The notes beneath the pieces were generated by a model that did no database searches, had not been told where the DNA came from, and saw only the letters and a list, made by a program, of their open reading frames with translations. A DNA stretch of 64,000 nucleotides from Balanoglossus misakiensis (taxonomy: Eukaryota; Animalia; Hemichordata), in NCBI GenBank assembly GCA_040954595.2, contig CM082593.2, positions 8,034,043-8,098,042 of the forward strand. Reading direction: 5' to 3'. Position 1 is the first letter of the stretch, and each line of letters starts with the position of its first letter. Made by a program: the position numbers and the translations under genes. Positions 10,967-26,100 of this stretch are shown piece after piece.

Positions 10967-10972
10967 AATAAA
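10967..10972 (+). promoter_or_regulatory. Putative polyadenylation signal of gene B
   Basis: AATAAA about 175 nt after the stop codon. Confidence 0.5.
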
Positions 10973-12329
10973 AATAATGTCAGAGTCTTTCACAGCCATT
11001 TTCTGAGTAGAGTGTCAATTCTTTCTTCAAACAAAGCTATATGTTTTCACTTTGCATTGCAGTTAATTTGACAGTATATTATGGAGTATACTCCATAAGA
11101 AAGAAGGAAATAAACAACAAACAAAGCACGCGAGACAAAAAAAACTTCAAGTGCTGATCTCTGGAAAAAATAATGTGTCTGGACGTATGAGTGTCCCTGT
11201 GTATAAAATGATCGATTCAAAATGGATTCAGGCCTTCTCTGAAGTTTCAAACATTTTCAAGCTGCCACCCCCCCCCCCTCTGTACCTGCCCCTGCTACCA
11301 CATATTCAAGAGTCAATAAATCTAATTTATATAAGTCAGCACTACACCACACATTTTTTTTACCAAAAAACATTTATTTAAAACGATAACAATTTTTTTA
11401 TTTTTTAAAACTTACAAAGTTTATCCAATTAATGAGCCTTTTTTCGACACGTGGTATCATTCAACAATGGTACCATATGCAATTGTGCCATTTAAAAATA
11501 AACTAGTGAACAATTAATGTAATAACATATTAAAGTGACATCTGTTGTATATCCACGGTATTAAAATAGAGTTTAACAACAATGTTTCTTCAAAATTATC
11601 AATTTCCTAAGTTAATTCCTAAGAACTTACATCAGACGCATTACTACCATGCATCATCTAAACACAAATCAACAGCCCTTTTTTATACAGCACCTTTAAC
11701 AGTCATGTTCGGTTTCCGCTGCTGTCTTTCAATATAAGTGGTATACAGTTTAACATGTTGCATTTGAAAAGAAATGTTAAATTACTGTACACAATATACT
11801 AGTTGTTGTCTGAATGAAAACAGTGATTATACCTGATCATTAACGCTAATTCATGGATAGCGATTGTAACATTTGAACGTTTACCAATGTGTCGCAATAA
11901 GTAAACTTAACATCCGGGAACATATTTATTTCGATTTAAGAGTACGATAATAAACATGCATTTTCGGTAAATGTTTAATATAGAGTTGCTCACCGTCAAC
12001 TTCCATTATATCAAATAGACTCAGCCTATTCTCTGTACAGTTACAAAAAAACTAAATGAATGGACCTTCAATTTGCTTTACAAATTAATTTAGTGCCCAA
12101 ACACTATCCACTTTAAGTAGAATTACAATTCACCAATCGTTGACTAAAGAGAATAACTAACAATTTTAGAAATATTTCTGTTGAATGAGTCTGCCATATT
12201 GGAGGGTGTTTGATAGTAAAAATCACGTGAATGTGGACGCGTTTCGAATTAGCATCCTCATGAAAAACACCTATTAAACAATTATTATCAGCACATTTCT
12301 ACACACTGGCTACAAGGTACGCTATTATA

Positions 12330-12665
12330 GATTAGATTATCTAATTGTAAAGATTAGCTTTACATGCATTTGAAAAATTCCAGGATTAAATGTTGGCTAA
12401 TTGTGTTATGAGAGTGACACATAGTGTCAATGATAGGATGTGACAGCAATAATACAACCAACTGTTTTTGTTAAGATTTCTAGTCAAGGAACGATTCTTA
12501 AAAATATTTTTTCTGGTTTAATATCGATAATATATATCAGTCCAGAAGTGCCACAAAAGCAATGATGATCAGTCGTTCTTGTGATCTTGCTAACAGACAC
12601 ACAGACACGCGCATAATAGGCGACGACATTAGCTCACGCGTGTGCGAACACGTGAGTTAAAAATG
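12330..12665 (+). mobile_element. HINE/Helentron-like element 3' end
   Basis: (ACAG/AC) microsatellite followed by terminal palindrome agctcacgcgtg...cacgtgagtt and an A-run; left boundary uncertain. Confidence 0.5.
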
Positions 12666-13969
12666 AACGTTAAATAATAAACAGGTACTGCACCTGTATA
12701 TTTTAGCCGGCCATTCCAAGTGTACATACTATTGCGGTATGCACAAATATCCAAAAATTCAAAATTTCTGTCGTCTTGGGATGAAAGGAGACGATTAAAG
12801 AATGTTATCTTTTGCAGCTGTTGAGGCTTCAAGTAATGGTCTGACTTTACTGTCTTCGTTTGTATCCTGGAAATAAGCTAGAGCATCAATTTTACTTATT
12901 AGAATATCACAAACTAGCGTTTTATCAAGAAACGCTGTAGGCCTATACAACATGTAATTATAATCAAACTATATACAAAATTTACTTACGCAATAAATCT
13001 ATATGTCTACTTTACTGACGAATCACGATGATGTGACATAATTAGATCTGTTTACAACTTAAGAAGGTAAGCACCTTGATAGTAAATGACAAGGGAAACC
13101 ATCACTTATGAAATGTATAAATGGAATATTACAACTGGTATATAGTGGGGATCCAGACGGGAAAGATGCAGACAAAAAGGAACCATCTTCTCAGAAATAA
13201 ATGACACAGTATGCTGGCAAGTCCACAAAATAAATAAAAATCGAGTGGCGAAAACATACAATGTATAGAATCCAACAGAAAATTCTGCAGCCCCTATCTC
13301 CAACATTAAAGAAGATACGTTGACACCATGCCTCGTCACTTTGTCACCTCTCTGTGGCAGGAGTGTAAACAAGTCTAGTGCAACACAGGTGTACAAGTAC
13401 CTGCCATAAGGTGGTATTGTACATCTCTGAAACAGAAAAGTGGTAAGCCTTGTGTCCAAGGTGTGCAAAGAGCTTCTGATGGTTGATTTCTCGTGCTGTT
13501 TACATGCGTGTGTCTGAACCAGTGGGTTTCGTACATAAGAGGGAAAATGCATGACATATGCTAGTCATGTTGCCCATAACTTTAAACTGTATGTAAACTA
13601 AATTATTTCCTGTTACAAAGGTATGAGCCAAATATGATGTGCTCCTTTTACATGCTCAGGGATGTTGGCACATCCTAGTGATATAGTCTCCCTCTTTCCG
13701 TTTTAATTCCAGATGTCACAATTGTAATTAAGAGACATTGAGTTACTTCGTATAGGGTCGCCGTTTGTGGACTCCAATGTCATCTAAAGCCCCACGAGCT
13801 TGAGGTCTTAGGTATTAATGGGAAAACATCATAAAAATACACAAAACAGACGTTGTATTCAAGACTTGGACGAGAAGTTAACGCGCACTCTGCTTTGACA
13901 GCACTGTTGTCTCGGGGTATGTAGTAGTACAGTGGCAAAACTCGAAGACGTCAGAGTCTTTTCACGTCC

Positions 13970-14188
13970 TTAAACGACAGACTCTGGCATATCTTCATAC
14001 ACATTTGTGTTGCGAGTCAACTCATTGTCGATGGTATCTTTTTGGACCTTCTGGATTTCTTGGTCGACGAGAAGTTCACACGCGGTCGTCTGCTTACAAT
14101 CTTCCACTTGGTATGCGCTGTCTGTTCCGTTTTTGTGTAACATTTTAATCTCCGCTTGTCTTTGACCGTCATTTGCCGATCTCCGTTT
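13970..14188 (-). CDS. Probable GPCR exon 5 (C-terminal tail)
   Basis: tattctctgtag acceptor; open 72 codons in phase 0, [15 protein letters not shown]...YEDMPESVV*; hydrophilic tail with no diagnostic motif. Confidence 0.6.
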   Translation of the reverse strand, partial: KRRSANDGQRQAEIKMLHKNGTDSAYQVEDCKQTTACELLVDQEIQKVQKDTIDNELTRNTNVYEDMPESVV

Positions 14189-17100
14189 CTACAGAGAATA
14201 CAGATAGTAAATTATTCGCACTAGTCTACCAATACGCACTAGTCTACCAATACACATGGTAAATATTCACACGATTTCCCCCAATAAAGGGAACACACAA
14301 CATAACACTGACTCTTCTGGTCATTAAATGTCGTATCCTCCCAATTATGTGTTTGCATCGAAGTTGAATCTATGCCACAAAACAATCACTGCATTCTCGT
14401 CAGATCAAATTCTTTACAGAAAACATATCTCGAGTTATTCGTAGTGACATTTTCAAACATGCATTATTGTGGCCGTTGTTAGTTAAATATAAGACATGCT
14501 AGGTTTACCATGCATCGCAGATTTTTATGTCTGTTGGTACTTTGGATCAGTATATATACCAAAAAGAAACCTTTCTTGAGGATCTATGTAAAAGCAAGCA
14601 CGCAAACAAACAAACACCGACAACCTTTACACAAGGGTATATTCAATATTGGCAGAATATATCATTGACGAGAGGGAGTTCAACACTACTTAATTATGTA
14701 TGCCGACTACATGTAGAATGTTTCCAGATGGTACAACATTAAAATGCAAAGTGCCGAGTGCAAAATCTATTTAGACAAGCAAACATAACATAGATTTCAT
14801 TCATAACATTCAACTAAGCAATTTATACGAAGATTACTTTTTACGTTAGCAATATGTGCATACTTTATAAAAGTACTGTGAAATAGTTTGGAAGCTAAGA
14901 ACGTACGATAGACAGACAGAGGACAGTGCGTATTTGCCGTGGAACTTTCACAGTACCGTCTCCTTGGTATCGCCCGTCTGATTGCCGAACGAGGACGGGC
15001 CTCTGTGCGCTTTGCCAATGGGGGGCGTGTTACCAGACAGCCATTTTCGGCACCGGGGACAGCTGAACAGCTCGGCAAATCCCTTCCGGAAGTTGTCGTT
15101 GAAACCGCAGTAGATGACAGGATTAACGGCACTGTTGGCGTATCCGATCCACAGAACGAAGAATGCAATGTGTTTGCGAATGCTCAATGGAATCTGAAAA
15201 TAATCATACGATTGTTACCTCGATTTAGAAACCAAGTTACATCACCTCACTTTAAAATATTACAGCTGGTGGATTGTTTACGTGACTTCATGAATTCAAT
15301 TTCATTAACAAACTAAATAGTTGCTATTTCGGATGAGTAAGCCAATTCTGAAAGGTATACATAAAATCTTAGTCAAGGTGCCCCAAAACTGATCCGATGA
15401 AGTAGCCATCGTTATCGTCATCGCTACGATTGCTCGCTGTCATTCTTAGCATAATGATAACGCAGATGCTTTAAATCTTCGTGGTATTTTGTCACTGTTT
15501 GGCGCTATAGCCATTGCCTTGATCAGAGCCATATCCCTGTATGATTCACTTATATCACTTTGAGCATTGGTTTGATTTATTCTGTGAACGTTTGCATTTT
15601 ATTTAGCATTTAAGTTTAACAATTCCCATTTACTTGAAAACCTCCGTTATTCCTTCAGAAATCGTTGTACAGTTTATGGTAGTTCTAATACTACGATACA
15701 TTGTGAGTAATATTGTGTAGTGATGACGTCAGAAAATTCACTGGCATTGATAAAGCTATAACAGAATTCTGAATAAACTATACATCATGATCATGTACTA
15801 TTATGATGAAATACTACATCAGTAATAATGGGACTGTATACCTTACATATACCATCAATAAATATTACTCCACCTTCAATGCCGCAGTCGATCATCTCGT
15901 CGAGAAGCATTAGCCCCCCCGCTCCCCCAAGAAAAAATATTATCCAGAATAGCGACGTAAATCTTACTGCACAAATTCACATGGCTAAGATTAGAAGCTT
16001 GAAACCACCCAAAATAATTTCCTTTAGAACCGAAATGAGCCAGCACTTTTTATTAGAACGACCATTCTGATATTAGAATGTTAAAATGATTTGTAGTTTT
16101 GCAATATCTATTTGACTATGCACGTACGTGTGCATGTGATCCCAATCTCACAGAGAGATATATGGCTGCCTGACTCAGTGACTGATCACGAAAACAGTAT
16201 CAGTTTCGTTTCGCCTGGAAAGTAGAAAGATCGTTTTTGTTTTCATGCATTATATATTCAAGCTTGAAGACTGAAATGGAGTGAAAGACGAGTGTAAATG
16301 GGCACCTATCGGAGTGTTTTGTACAGTGACAAGTAATTAGTACTGTAATCCAAGAGGGACATTACTATAGTCTACTCTGTGCAGTCTAGCCGAATCTTGA
16401 AAATTACTCAATAGAAAACCCTAATTGGTTTATTGAGCGAGACACGAAAACACGAAAAGTAATTCTCTTATTTTGATGAATCACTGCTTGTGATTAAGAC
16501 TTTTCTGCGCAGGTTAAGATTTAACTCACCTATGAAGACATTATATTACTGTTACTTCAATTTAAATTTATTTTAACTTGGATTAAGAACAATAATTACA
16601 TATTTCAGAAACATTACCAAATTATTCATTCTCCGTGTAATTTCACCACTTCTATGTCGAGAATAGTTTGAGATAAGGGTAACTTAGTAAATTCAGTGTA
16701 ATCACACTATTTTATTCGCACTCAGAAGTTGTGAAAGATCTGTAGAAGTTTATGAAAGATCTGAAAACAGCTATATATCAGCAGGATTGTATGCAAACGA
16801 AGCATTCCAATATAATGTGACATCAAATAATCATCGTCGGTATTAAAGTAGACAAATTACTAAGTCTACGAAACAAATAGAATTGCATTATGTGTCATTA
16901 TAATTTGTGATAGTCAAATAGACTCGCTGAGATCCTTGTAGTAAGATCCAAGTAAGAATCATTGTCGATTTTGGACAAATGGTTGTTTTCGATGCAGCTA
17001 AGCGGAGGTTTCATTGACTGAGGGCTTGAAGGGCTTTTTCCCCATTGTGTAGAAGATTTTGAGGCGAATCACCACCACAGTAGTTGCAAAAAATAACAAA

Positions 17101-20100
17101 AACTCGGCAAACTTTTCCCTATAATATTATCACAGCAAGTCAGGACACTTACTTGTATTCGCACTGACAACATTTCACATTTCCCGTCGAAATATAATGT
17201 ACATTTAATTACCATAACACGCTCTTCGCCCGAGGCCACACCTGTCGCTCAAATTGACGAAACACAGATTCGCAAAAAAAACTGACAAAGATGTTGATGA
17301 TGCAACCTCCTTTTCTGAAGATTATAATCTATATTAGACATTGCCCAAGTGGCATGGCTTTGACGTCATCGGGGAGAGAAAACTCCAAATCAATAGCAAG
17401 CAATTTACAAGTAAAAGGCTCTGAATTAGCAACGGGGATCTCCGCGCGTTCTTATGGGACATCATTTTCTTGGTTTTTTAATAAGAAACCTGTGTTATAT
17501 TGTTATTCCATGATGAAATTGCCCTCGGTGAGGACATATATGTTTCTATTACTCGGTTGGCACGCGCCATGACTACAACCTCCACTTAACTTATAAGTCA
17601 CACAGAATTCGCAAGTGGGGCGAGGCTATATCATTTAAAATGAATAGCTTTTTGCAGATACCTTGGGCGAGTTTGCCGCAAAATCCCCACCTTTTGAAAT
17701 AAGGGGCGCAGAGTAATGAATACAAATAAATAATTTAGGAATTTCATTTTGACAGTCCCGAGGGCGTTAATAGTAATGAGAAGGAACACAGTCGAGGGAA
17801 ATGATTCCTTCGCCAGGATATAACCAGGGTAACCTATAAACGAGTGGAGTCACTTTGTATTACACCTTACTCTCTTACAGCAGACGAGTGATCATTACTG
17901 ATGACATCTTAACCAATCCACATCCATTCCACATAATTCGTTAACACCTGGCCGTGCAAAGGAGTTCAAGAAACACTAGGCCAGAACTACGTTCACCTGA
18001 TCCCTAGAAAACCAAAGAAATCTTACTGCCATAAACGAAACTCACATTTGCTTGTCCGTACAACAAGGTATCTGGCACTCTTTCGCATGTACAAGTTTCC
18101 TTAAAAGGCGCGTTTTCTTTGTTGCTAGTATAACATGTTTACTGCCGATTTCAGTGTTCTTGACGGCAAAATAAAACTGCTTCAACCCACACACAAAGAG
18201 TACAAGCATAACATAAAACGACAATCGAGTGATATGCCACAATCGAAAACGTTGGCAATGCAATTTTAATAAGACATGCTTTTAGCTTATGGCTAAAACA
18301 TTAATACTATCACAAATGTATAGAGCAATCCACACAATGGCATTATATAGTTTGTCCTAACGACGGATGTGCTTAGCTTAAAATGATCAACAGAGCATGC
18401 GCTAGTCACTACGCCCTGAAACATAAAGACTGATCAATTCACTGAATTATTCAAGAGGTTCAAACCATAGAGACATTTAAACTGATAACTTAAATCGTAT
18501 GATTTATACGTCGCTAATCATGTAACCAAATGTGATTCCCGCGGAACTGGAGTGATGTGAACATGAAAAATAATTCTGGCTGCAATATCCTGAACATGTT
18601 GAATGCGTTTTATATAGAGTAATATAGGGTGTCAATGATACCACAAACACCATGACGAACTTACCTTTTCCTCCGGAGGTAGCAAATCGTCGATCAGCAT
18701 GTATAATTGATAGGGCAACCAACAGAAAGCAAACAGTGATACTACCGCCACTAGCATCTTAATGACCTCGAAGAAACAAAGGAACAAAAGAAGAACATGT
18801 TTTTTTAATTAGTTCGTTGTTCCTACAGCATGAAAAACACCGTAATTGGCAATGGTACCATAGATTAAACATTCGACATATACAGTTCACTTCTACCTGG
18901 CTTTACTAAGGCTAACTTCGTATCGTTGATATAATGCATAGTAGTAGTGATAGCAGTAATTAAAAGGGACATTTATTTGCACTTTATCACTAAATACAAA
19001 ATTGGCTAAAATATATATACATATGGTGAGGAAAGGTATGACAAACCCATAAATATGCATATACAAAATGTACTGAACTACAGTAATAAAAAACTACATC
19101 CCGTTGGGGAACTATGGAGAAAAGGAAGATATGCAAATAAAAATATCATGTAAATTGATAAGGAAGTTCACAAGGCACCGTGTCAGAAGTACTTGTTATC
19201 TGGAATGAAATGGAAAAACTAAAAATGCACAGATTTGTGTTGTTGCAAGCAAAGGGGCAGTATTAACAGTCCGAAGAGCTTAAAACGTTGCATTTCATTT
19301 TTCGCACAAGTGTAGTCAAGTTGTACTCTGCCTCGTAATCGTGACTTGAATATTTCTAGCGGATATTTCTAGCAGAAGTCCGGTTCTGTTTTGTAGTCCT
19401 TCGTGCGAGATGAATTGGCATTTCCGCTGTCGGCGAAGATGATGTACGTGAATAGAAACGTTGACTGTTTTGCCGACAAACGTATGACAAAAATCCAGTG
19501 GACGTTTCCAAAGCGTGATTTGGCAAAATGAAATGAGATGTCTCAGAATGATGAATGCCAGTAGATGACAATATGGACATATGTCGTCTCGTCAGATCTT
19601 AAAACCCGAGTTACGTAGAAACGTTTCATGAATGACGGACAATATAGATCGTCTTGGCTATTATTGGTCATAATGTCACTGTAATAGGGTTGCTTGATCA
19701 TGACAGGATGAGAATGTCCTCCTGATGATGTCGAGTTTGTCTGGTGGAATTTTCAGATGAGTTATTGAGTTATACGCGAAAAGGGTACAGCCAGAATCAG
19801 GTTTGGAAACAACAACACGAACTCAACAACCCATCGAATATTAACATCCCGCCATATTGTCTTTCTCGCGGCCCATCATCAGGCCCAGGTAAGAAACATT
19901 AGCAAAGCGCAGAATCGATATCGTCGAAATGGAAAAAATTTCTGCTATGTAAACGTTAATATCTGCGTTTTCTTGCCGATTCGCCTTCCGATCTAAGTTT
20001 TGCACCTATCTGTTTTTGATGATCAAACGCTTTGCTAGTAGGTGCGATAAAGTCCCCGTTGAAATCGCTTTCAAAATTACGAAGGTTTGTCTCTAGAAGG

Positions 20101-23100
20101 ATTTTCACATACTATTTCACAGTTTGCTTCACAGGGGAAACGCTCTTATGTAAGTTACAGACTGTTTCCTGAAGCGTGACAGCTTCTAATTGATTGCATA
20201 GTCTGGAATAAATAGAGGTGCATCGGCGATAACTGCCTTTGTTGCAGGCTCGGCCACGGGCTGAACGTTTATCACGCTGACATGCATCCATTGAGTTCGA
20301 AACCGGTGACACATATGAAGCAGTTAAAGCAAACGATTACTGACCTATAGTACCCTCGTGAACCAGTCAGTAATCTTAGCAAGCACTTGTAAATATACTT
20401 CAACCGCTATTCCTTCTTATTCCAGAGACTCGTATATTTGATGGTCGTGTTTTTATCTTAAAGCCGGCGAAAGGAGATATAGATTTGGGGGTCGCCATCT
20501 TGGTTGTGGCAGACTACGAAATACAATCCGTGGCTATCTCTTCAATCTCTATTCCAAAATTTAAACTCAGAGAGCCAAGAGCATCAAATGCATGGAGGAG
20601 AGTAAATTGATGCGAATTAAAGTTGGATGCAGTATCAAGGGTACCTAAGAAATTGTAGTTCACACATAAAATGGTAGTCGTGTCCCTCTATTAGGTAGTT
20701 TAGAGCGGTTATCCAAGAGTGCAGACCACAAAACTATAATGTAGTCCTAAGATCTGGTGGTTCGGACCCTGCTCGTCTCTCATGTATGGTTATCATTGAG
20801 GGCAAAAAGGTTTAGCTAGCTGATCATAGGCTGGCGCTTTACTTCTGGTGGCCATTTTGGAAAAATGGGGTTGATCAGAAATTTCCAAAGACTCTCTTCT
20901 CACGGCGGATTCTGAATTTTTTTTTCTGAACAACAAATCCGGCAAAACGATCACCTCCTGTCAACTTTATGAAACGGGTTCGACGGTATAAAAATTCGCA
21001 TTTTTTCGACGTCTGCTGTCCTTCCATCTCCAATGATAGCAATCGACATCCCGATTTCTTTGAGTGAGTTATTTGATAGGTCATCTCATGAAAGTTTATT
21101 TGATACGTTTAATGACATAGCTAAGTAATTCAGCTTTTAGGAGTTATAACACGAAGTTTGGTCGATAACGCGTCGTATTCGAGTGATGTGTCTGTATTTT
21201 GACGAGTTGCCGAGCACCGAGTCAAAATACGGACAAATCACAAGTATACATACACACATTCTCAAATTGTTTACATAATCTATATTCCAGTATTAAATAT
21301 TTCATGACTTTCTAATGAACCCAGCTTTAATTGTAGTTTAATTGTAGCAATTTTATGTCACAACGTGAGCTCGTTCTTAATTAGAATTTTGATGTGGGGT
21401 TTTTTCATGCAGAAATCCAATACCTTTGTATGCGCCATTTTCCAATTAAAATTAGGAGCTGGGCAGTGTGACGGTCATTAGTGTTTGTAAATCCTTCAAT
21501 GGGTTATGTAAAAATAATATTCTTCTGTATGTCATAAACATCAAGCTTAAATTTCTGTAATATTTTCTTTATTAATCTTTAACATTTCCGAGCAACTTCA
21601 TTCAAGAGTGTCTTCCTGCTTGCAAATTTGACAATTTGTTGTGTCTACGATCTTCTAAATGTAAAGGTATTGATTTCCAGGAATTAAACACTGTAATAAC
21701 TTCTCAGAGGAGGATGTGTACACACATTGCCATATTAATATGTATGTATTTTCTTAATGTGTATGTATTACATGCATTTTTTTAAACAATTCATTCAGTT
21801 TTGACGAATCTTTAACACTGTGTGTGTTAACTTTGTAACCAGATCAGAATAGTGATGAGGTAAATCACAGCGAGTAAAAGTTGAGGCATGAGAAATCTGA
21901 GAATCTCCTTTTCTACAATAAGCACATTTTCTACTAAGTGGAATTCTTGACGTCCTTTGTCACGTCAGTGCATGTGATTCACTAAACCTACGGCAAATGC
22001 GGAGTACAGTACATGATTATCTTTTAGAGTAACTGTTCCGTGAGAGCTCAATGGCGGCATACAAGGGTGAGGTGCGATAGGTTACAGGTAAATACGATTG
22101 CTGAAAAGGCTATTAGTTATATGTTAACGCTTGCAGAAAACAGGGCAAACTAATTCATAAACTAAATGTAGTTAGGGAAATTCTTTGCCAAAACAAACGC
22201 CAACGAACCCTTGGTGGAGAAGGCGCGTTATTGCAATTTCAAGGTATACAGTCCCCTCCAATTTACATACACCCATATATGGCTGAAACGGCGTATTTGA
22301 GCGTTCTAAAGAACATATTGTGGCGCTCTTTTTTCGCGAGTGGCACCCACTGAAAATCTGTGATTGGCTAGAACTCAAGTTTTGCCATGGTAACTGTAGC
22401 TAATTTTCCATATGTGACCGTATACCTTTAAATATGCCGAGTTAGAACGCGTTACTTTGGCCTGTTAATCAGATTCTTTTTTCCCATTCTACAATGTACC
22501 AATAACTGACTTCCTCCAAATACTCTACGTTTCATTGGTTATAAATGTTATCATTTTATCAATTGTCTAGTTGGTTGGCGTTAAACAACATAATTTGCAT
22601 ACTGCTTCCAATCACTTCAAAATGTCTCCATATATGAACAAATACTTTAAGCTTACCTTTCTCTTGGATCTGTCCTTAGAACTTCCACTGGAATCTTTCC
22701 TTTTCGCTGAGGGTCCCTTCTTGGTCCACAGCCTGCGCCCGATAGATCCATAAGCAAATAACATGACCAGAAAGGGCAGAAGATACGTGAACACAAAGAG
22801 AGCGATTGTGTACTTATTCTTGTCTTCAGCGGAAGGCCAGTCTTCCCAGCAGATGATTTGTTCCACGCCGTCATCCCAAGTATGTTCTTCGTAACCGATC
22901 ACAATAATCAGCGGGATGTTGATAGCAATGCTGACGGCCCAGACAATCAGGATAGCTATGATGCAGGTTCTGGCCTTCATTTCACGCCACATCAAAGGGA
23001 AGATGATGGCGAAAAAGCGATCACCAGCGATGACTGTTAGTGTCAGGATGCTGCAGATCACGTTTACTCCTATAACCAAAAAAATTACCAATAAATTCAT

Positions 23101-26100
23101 TAAATATGAAATAAATAAATCAACAAATAAATATGTAAATTACTTTCAATTAGCATGTCACACCAACTTAAAGTGAAGGGTCGTCGCTCAGCGTTTGTTT
23201 CTTCATAAACATTACAATTCATCCACAAATCCCTGAAATTAGATCATTCTTAGACTGGACGAAGCATAAAAGAATAAAAACCTTAGTTTCAGTGAGAATA
23301 TATTACCACTTATTATATTACCACAAATTACCACAAATTACTCGAAAAATCGACTCGGAGAGTTTGAAGGATGTGATAGACAGCATGCAATGATTTGTAC
23401 TCAACGGGAGTAGCAATTTAAACGCAACACATCACGACATCCTAAACACATAATAAACTTAAATTGTCTAAAATTATTTCCGAAAAGTGAACAGACAATC
23501 TCAGTAAGTTGTCATGATGTCAAAATCAATATACGTACGGGGGGATTATCGCCAAAGACGTCATCGACTATCGAGCCCTAATTCCGAAACAAGTGTCGTA
23601 CACCCGAGACGAGGGGAACTTCCTGTTTCACTACACTACACTACACTACACTACACTACACTACACTACACTACACTACACTACACTACACTACACTACA
23701 CTACACGTAGTGTTTATATTCAAGCTATTCATACCGAAAACCTCTGAATCTATCATCTCTCTCTCTAGTTTTCCTTTTGTTTTTCATGGTTGGTTATACA
23801 TTTGGAACCCACCGCTTCAGCGTATTATTAAACTATGTTTAATTCTAGAAACTTTGGTCATCTATCTACTGATCTATGTCATGGTCATTCAAGTAACAGA
23901 CATATATATCTGTCACACGCTTATTGCATGTGACCGGTTCTTTGATGTTACCTCACGTGTTTCAGCGGGTTAAGCGTAGTATGTCCTGAATTTAAAAATG
24001 TCACCGCCAGCGCTGCTTTTTGATTTATCCATGCAACTATATTACAGAACAGAGAACCGCCGACATCGCTAACGGAACATAACACATTTCATTAATTTGT
24101 CAAACGCATTTTGCCCGTTGTTTGTAACACGTTTTAATATGAAAGGAACGTCGTCGCTCATCAATGGTTATCTTGCATCTCACAACATTTGAATCAATAT
24201 CGCGTGCTTACTGACCACTTAGAGGGTTTCTGCATGAACGATGACGAAGAAACGAGTCTGATTACTTCTAAAATGTCTCTACTCGTGTCCACTCGTTTTT
24301 TATTGAGTTGGCATCTTTCAGTGACAAAGGCTTGAGATTTCAGCCTAAGCCTAATGGTTAAACCTGCAACTACCTTTAATTATCCGCTTAAACTATCGCT
24401 CTTATCCCCGCTTGATAGATCATTACGTTGACATATTGGCGTGTTTTGCATTCTAAACTGTGACGTAGTTCAGCGAACGTTACATGCTGTACATATCGTT
24501 TGGCTTTTCTGGTAGCCCTCAAGTGAATTTTAAGTGGCAATGTTGAAACAGCTGCGGGCTTTGCTGCGGGCCAGAATGCGATTTCTTATGTGCTGTCAAT
24601 TTCAAGTGACGGCAGTGTCATTTCTTCCAATTGTGGTGGGAAAAAAACTCTTTAAATTCTGATAAAGAGACAAAAGGAAATTAATTTCATGGTGGCGCAA
24701 CTAGGCCTACATAGACCCTCATTTGAATGCCATGACATGGGCCAGTCGATGAAAAGAAAACGACCTCGTTTTCAAAATATGGCGTCGGTTTCCTGATGAT
24801 GGACCCTCATTTGAGTGTCACGACAGTATTGAAGAAAAAAGATACAGTTATGGCATAAATGTGTCTCATTTTTAAGCGCGCCCAATCGTCCAGATGCTTC
24901 AAGTTGGTGATTGGGCGAAAGGTCAAAGCTGGAGGCAGATATATTTCAAAATTTTGTTGCTTGAGAATAACAATTGCCAGTTGAATGCTGAAAATCACTT
25001 AATGCATGTCTATCTTTACCCCTTTTCACAAACGTGCTGAGCGGTGGTGGGAGGCAACATTGGGGTGACATTTCAATTTCGGTTTCCAAGAAGGGCAATC
25101 ATCTTTGCTGACGGAGTGCCTTGGGATATTCCCAAATGTCGGCAGCCTAATTTACGATTTTGACAACCAGGTGCATTTGCAGCACCAAGGTTCAAAAGTT
25201 GACCTTTCAACATCAACGGAGTCTTACTATTACTTGGGCAGCAAATCTTCTGAAAATATACAAATCACCACTGGTAGTAACTTAACCCAGATATATATTT
25301 TTAAAAGCGACTATTTAATTTTCTCTTTATTCACTCGCTTTTTTTGCTTTGAATAACTAACCTTCATGTGCTCTTTGTTAATTTTTATTTTTAGTATTAG
25401 CTATTAAAGTTGAATATATTGTATGAAAAAACACATTACTTTTGCTTTAGTTCCATTATTTGCTCACTAGAAGAGTGACCCCCTTTAAAATCTTGCAAAA
25501 ATTAACAAAATGAGTTAGTCAAATCCTATCGCGTCAATCCACAAATATAATGTTATATACACAGTCGCAGATAATCACGATATAATTCAACCGTTACTGA
25601 TTGACAAATGAGGAGTTTTCACTTGTGCAATTCTATTCTTACTAATGACTTGCTTATTGAAATGTGTAAATGGTAGTAATGAATTTGAGAAACATGGAAA
25701 TGAATTCACTCTTACAAATTCGTTAATGACACTTTATTCCCCTCAATTATTAGCCTAAGGGTCACAAAGGCAATTCGTGCTCATTACAGTGTCGCCAAAA
25801 GTCAAAATTCCCTACTGAAAAGTTCAGGCACCACTGCCTTGAAATCTCCAAACATTAAAATAGCTTAATGACTGACCGATCAGCCAGTCGGTCTACCCAA
25901 GTGATCGATCTGCTCATACACACTGTTAACAGCGTCAGAAGAAAAAAACTTACGAACGCGAACGATGAATGTAAAGCAGACGACATATAAAAGTGACAAG
26001 ACAAGCAAAATGCCAAATATTCCCACAGAGCAGTTCCAAAATCACACTTCCGTAAAATCAACAGTATTTTTATTTATTTATTTGGTTTAATCCCACGCGA

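Noticed and set aside
13865-14100. Short imperfect repeat (gacgagaagtt...cgcg...tctgctt) giving RVNF (PP1-docking-like) peptides
   Set aside because: RVNF occurs only out of frame or beyond the stop of the phase-consistent exon 5; too short to interpret
14939-15316. Plus-strand 125-aa ORF and similar antisense ORFs at 22858-23176, 47989-48234 and 7999-8319
   Set aside because: They are antisense shadows of genuine exons on the opposite strand
19330-20520. GC-richer stretch with short ORFs in GPCR intron 2
   Set aside because: No recognisable motifs or consistent splice structure; possibly an old transposon relic, but unsupported
20695-20780. tRNA-like sequence (ggtagtttagagcggtt...ggttcggaccctgct)
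   Set aside because: The stems do not close into a cloverleaf; at best a decayed tRNA-derived SINE head
23514-23973. ORFs with LHYTT repeats; CACTA resemblance to CACTA transposon ends
   Set aside because: Simple (CACTA)n microsatellite with no TIR/TSD structure
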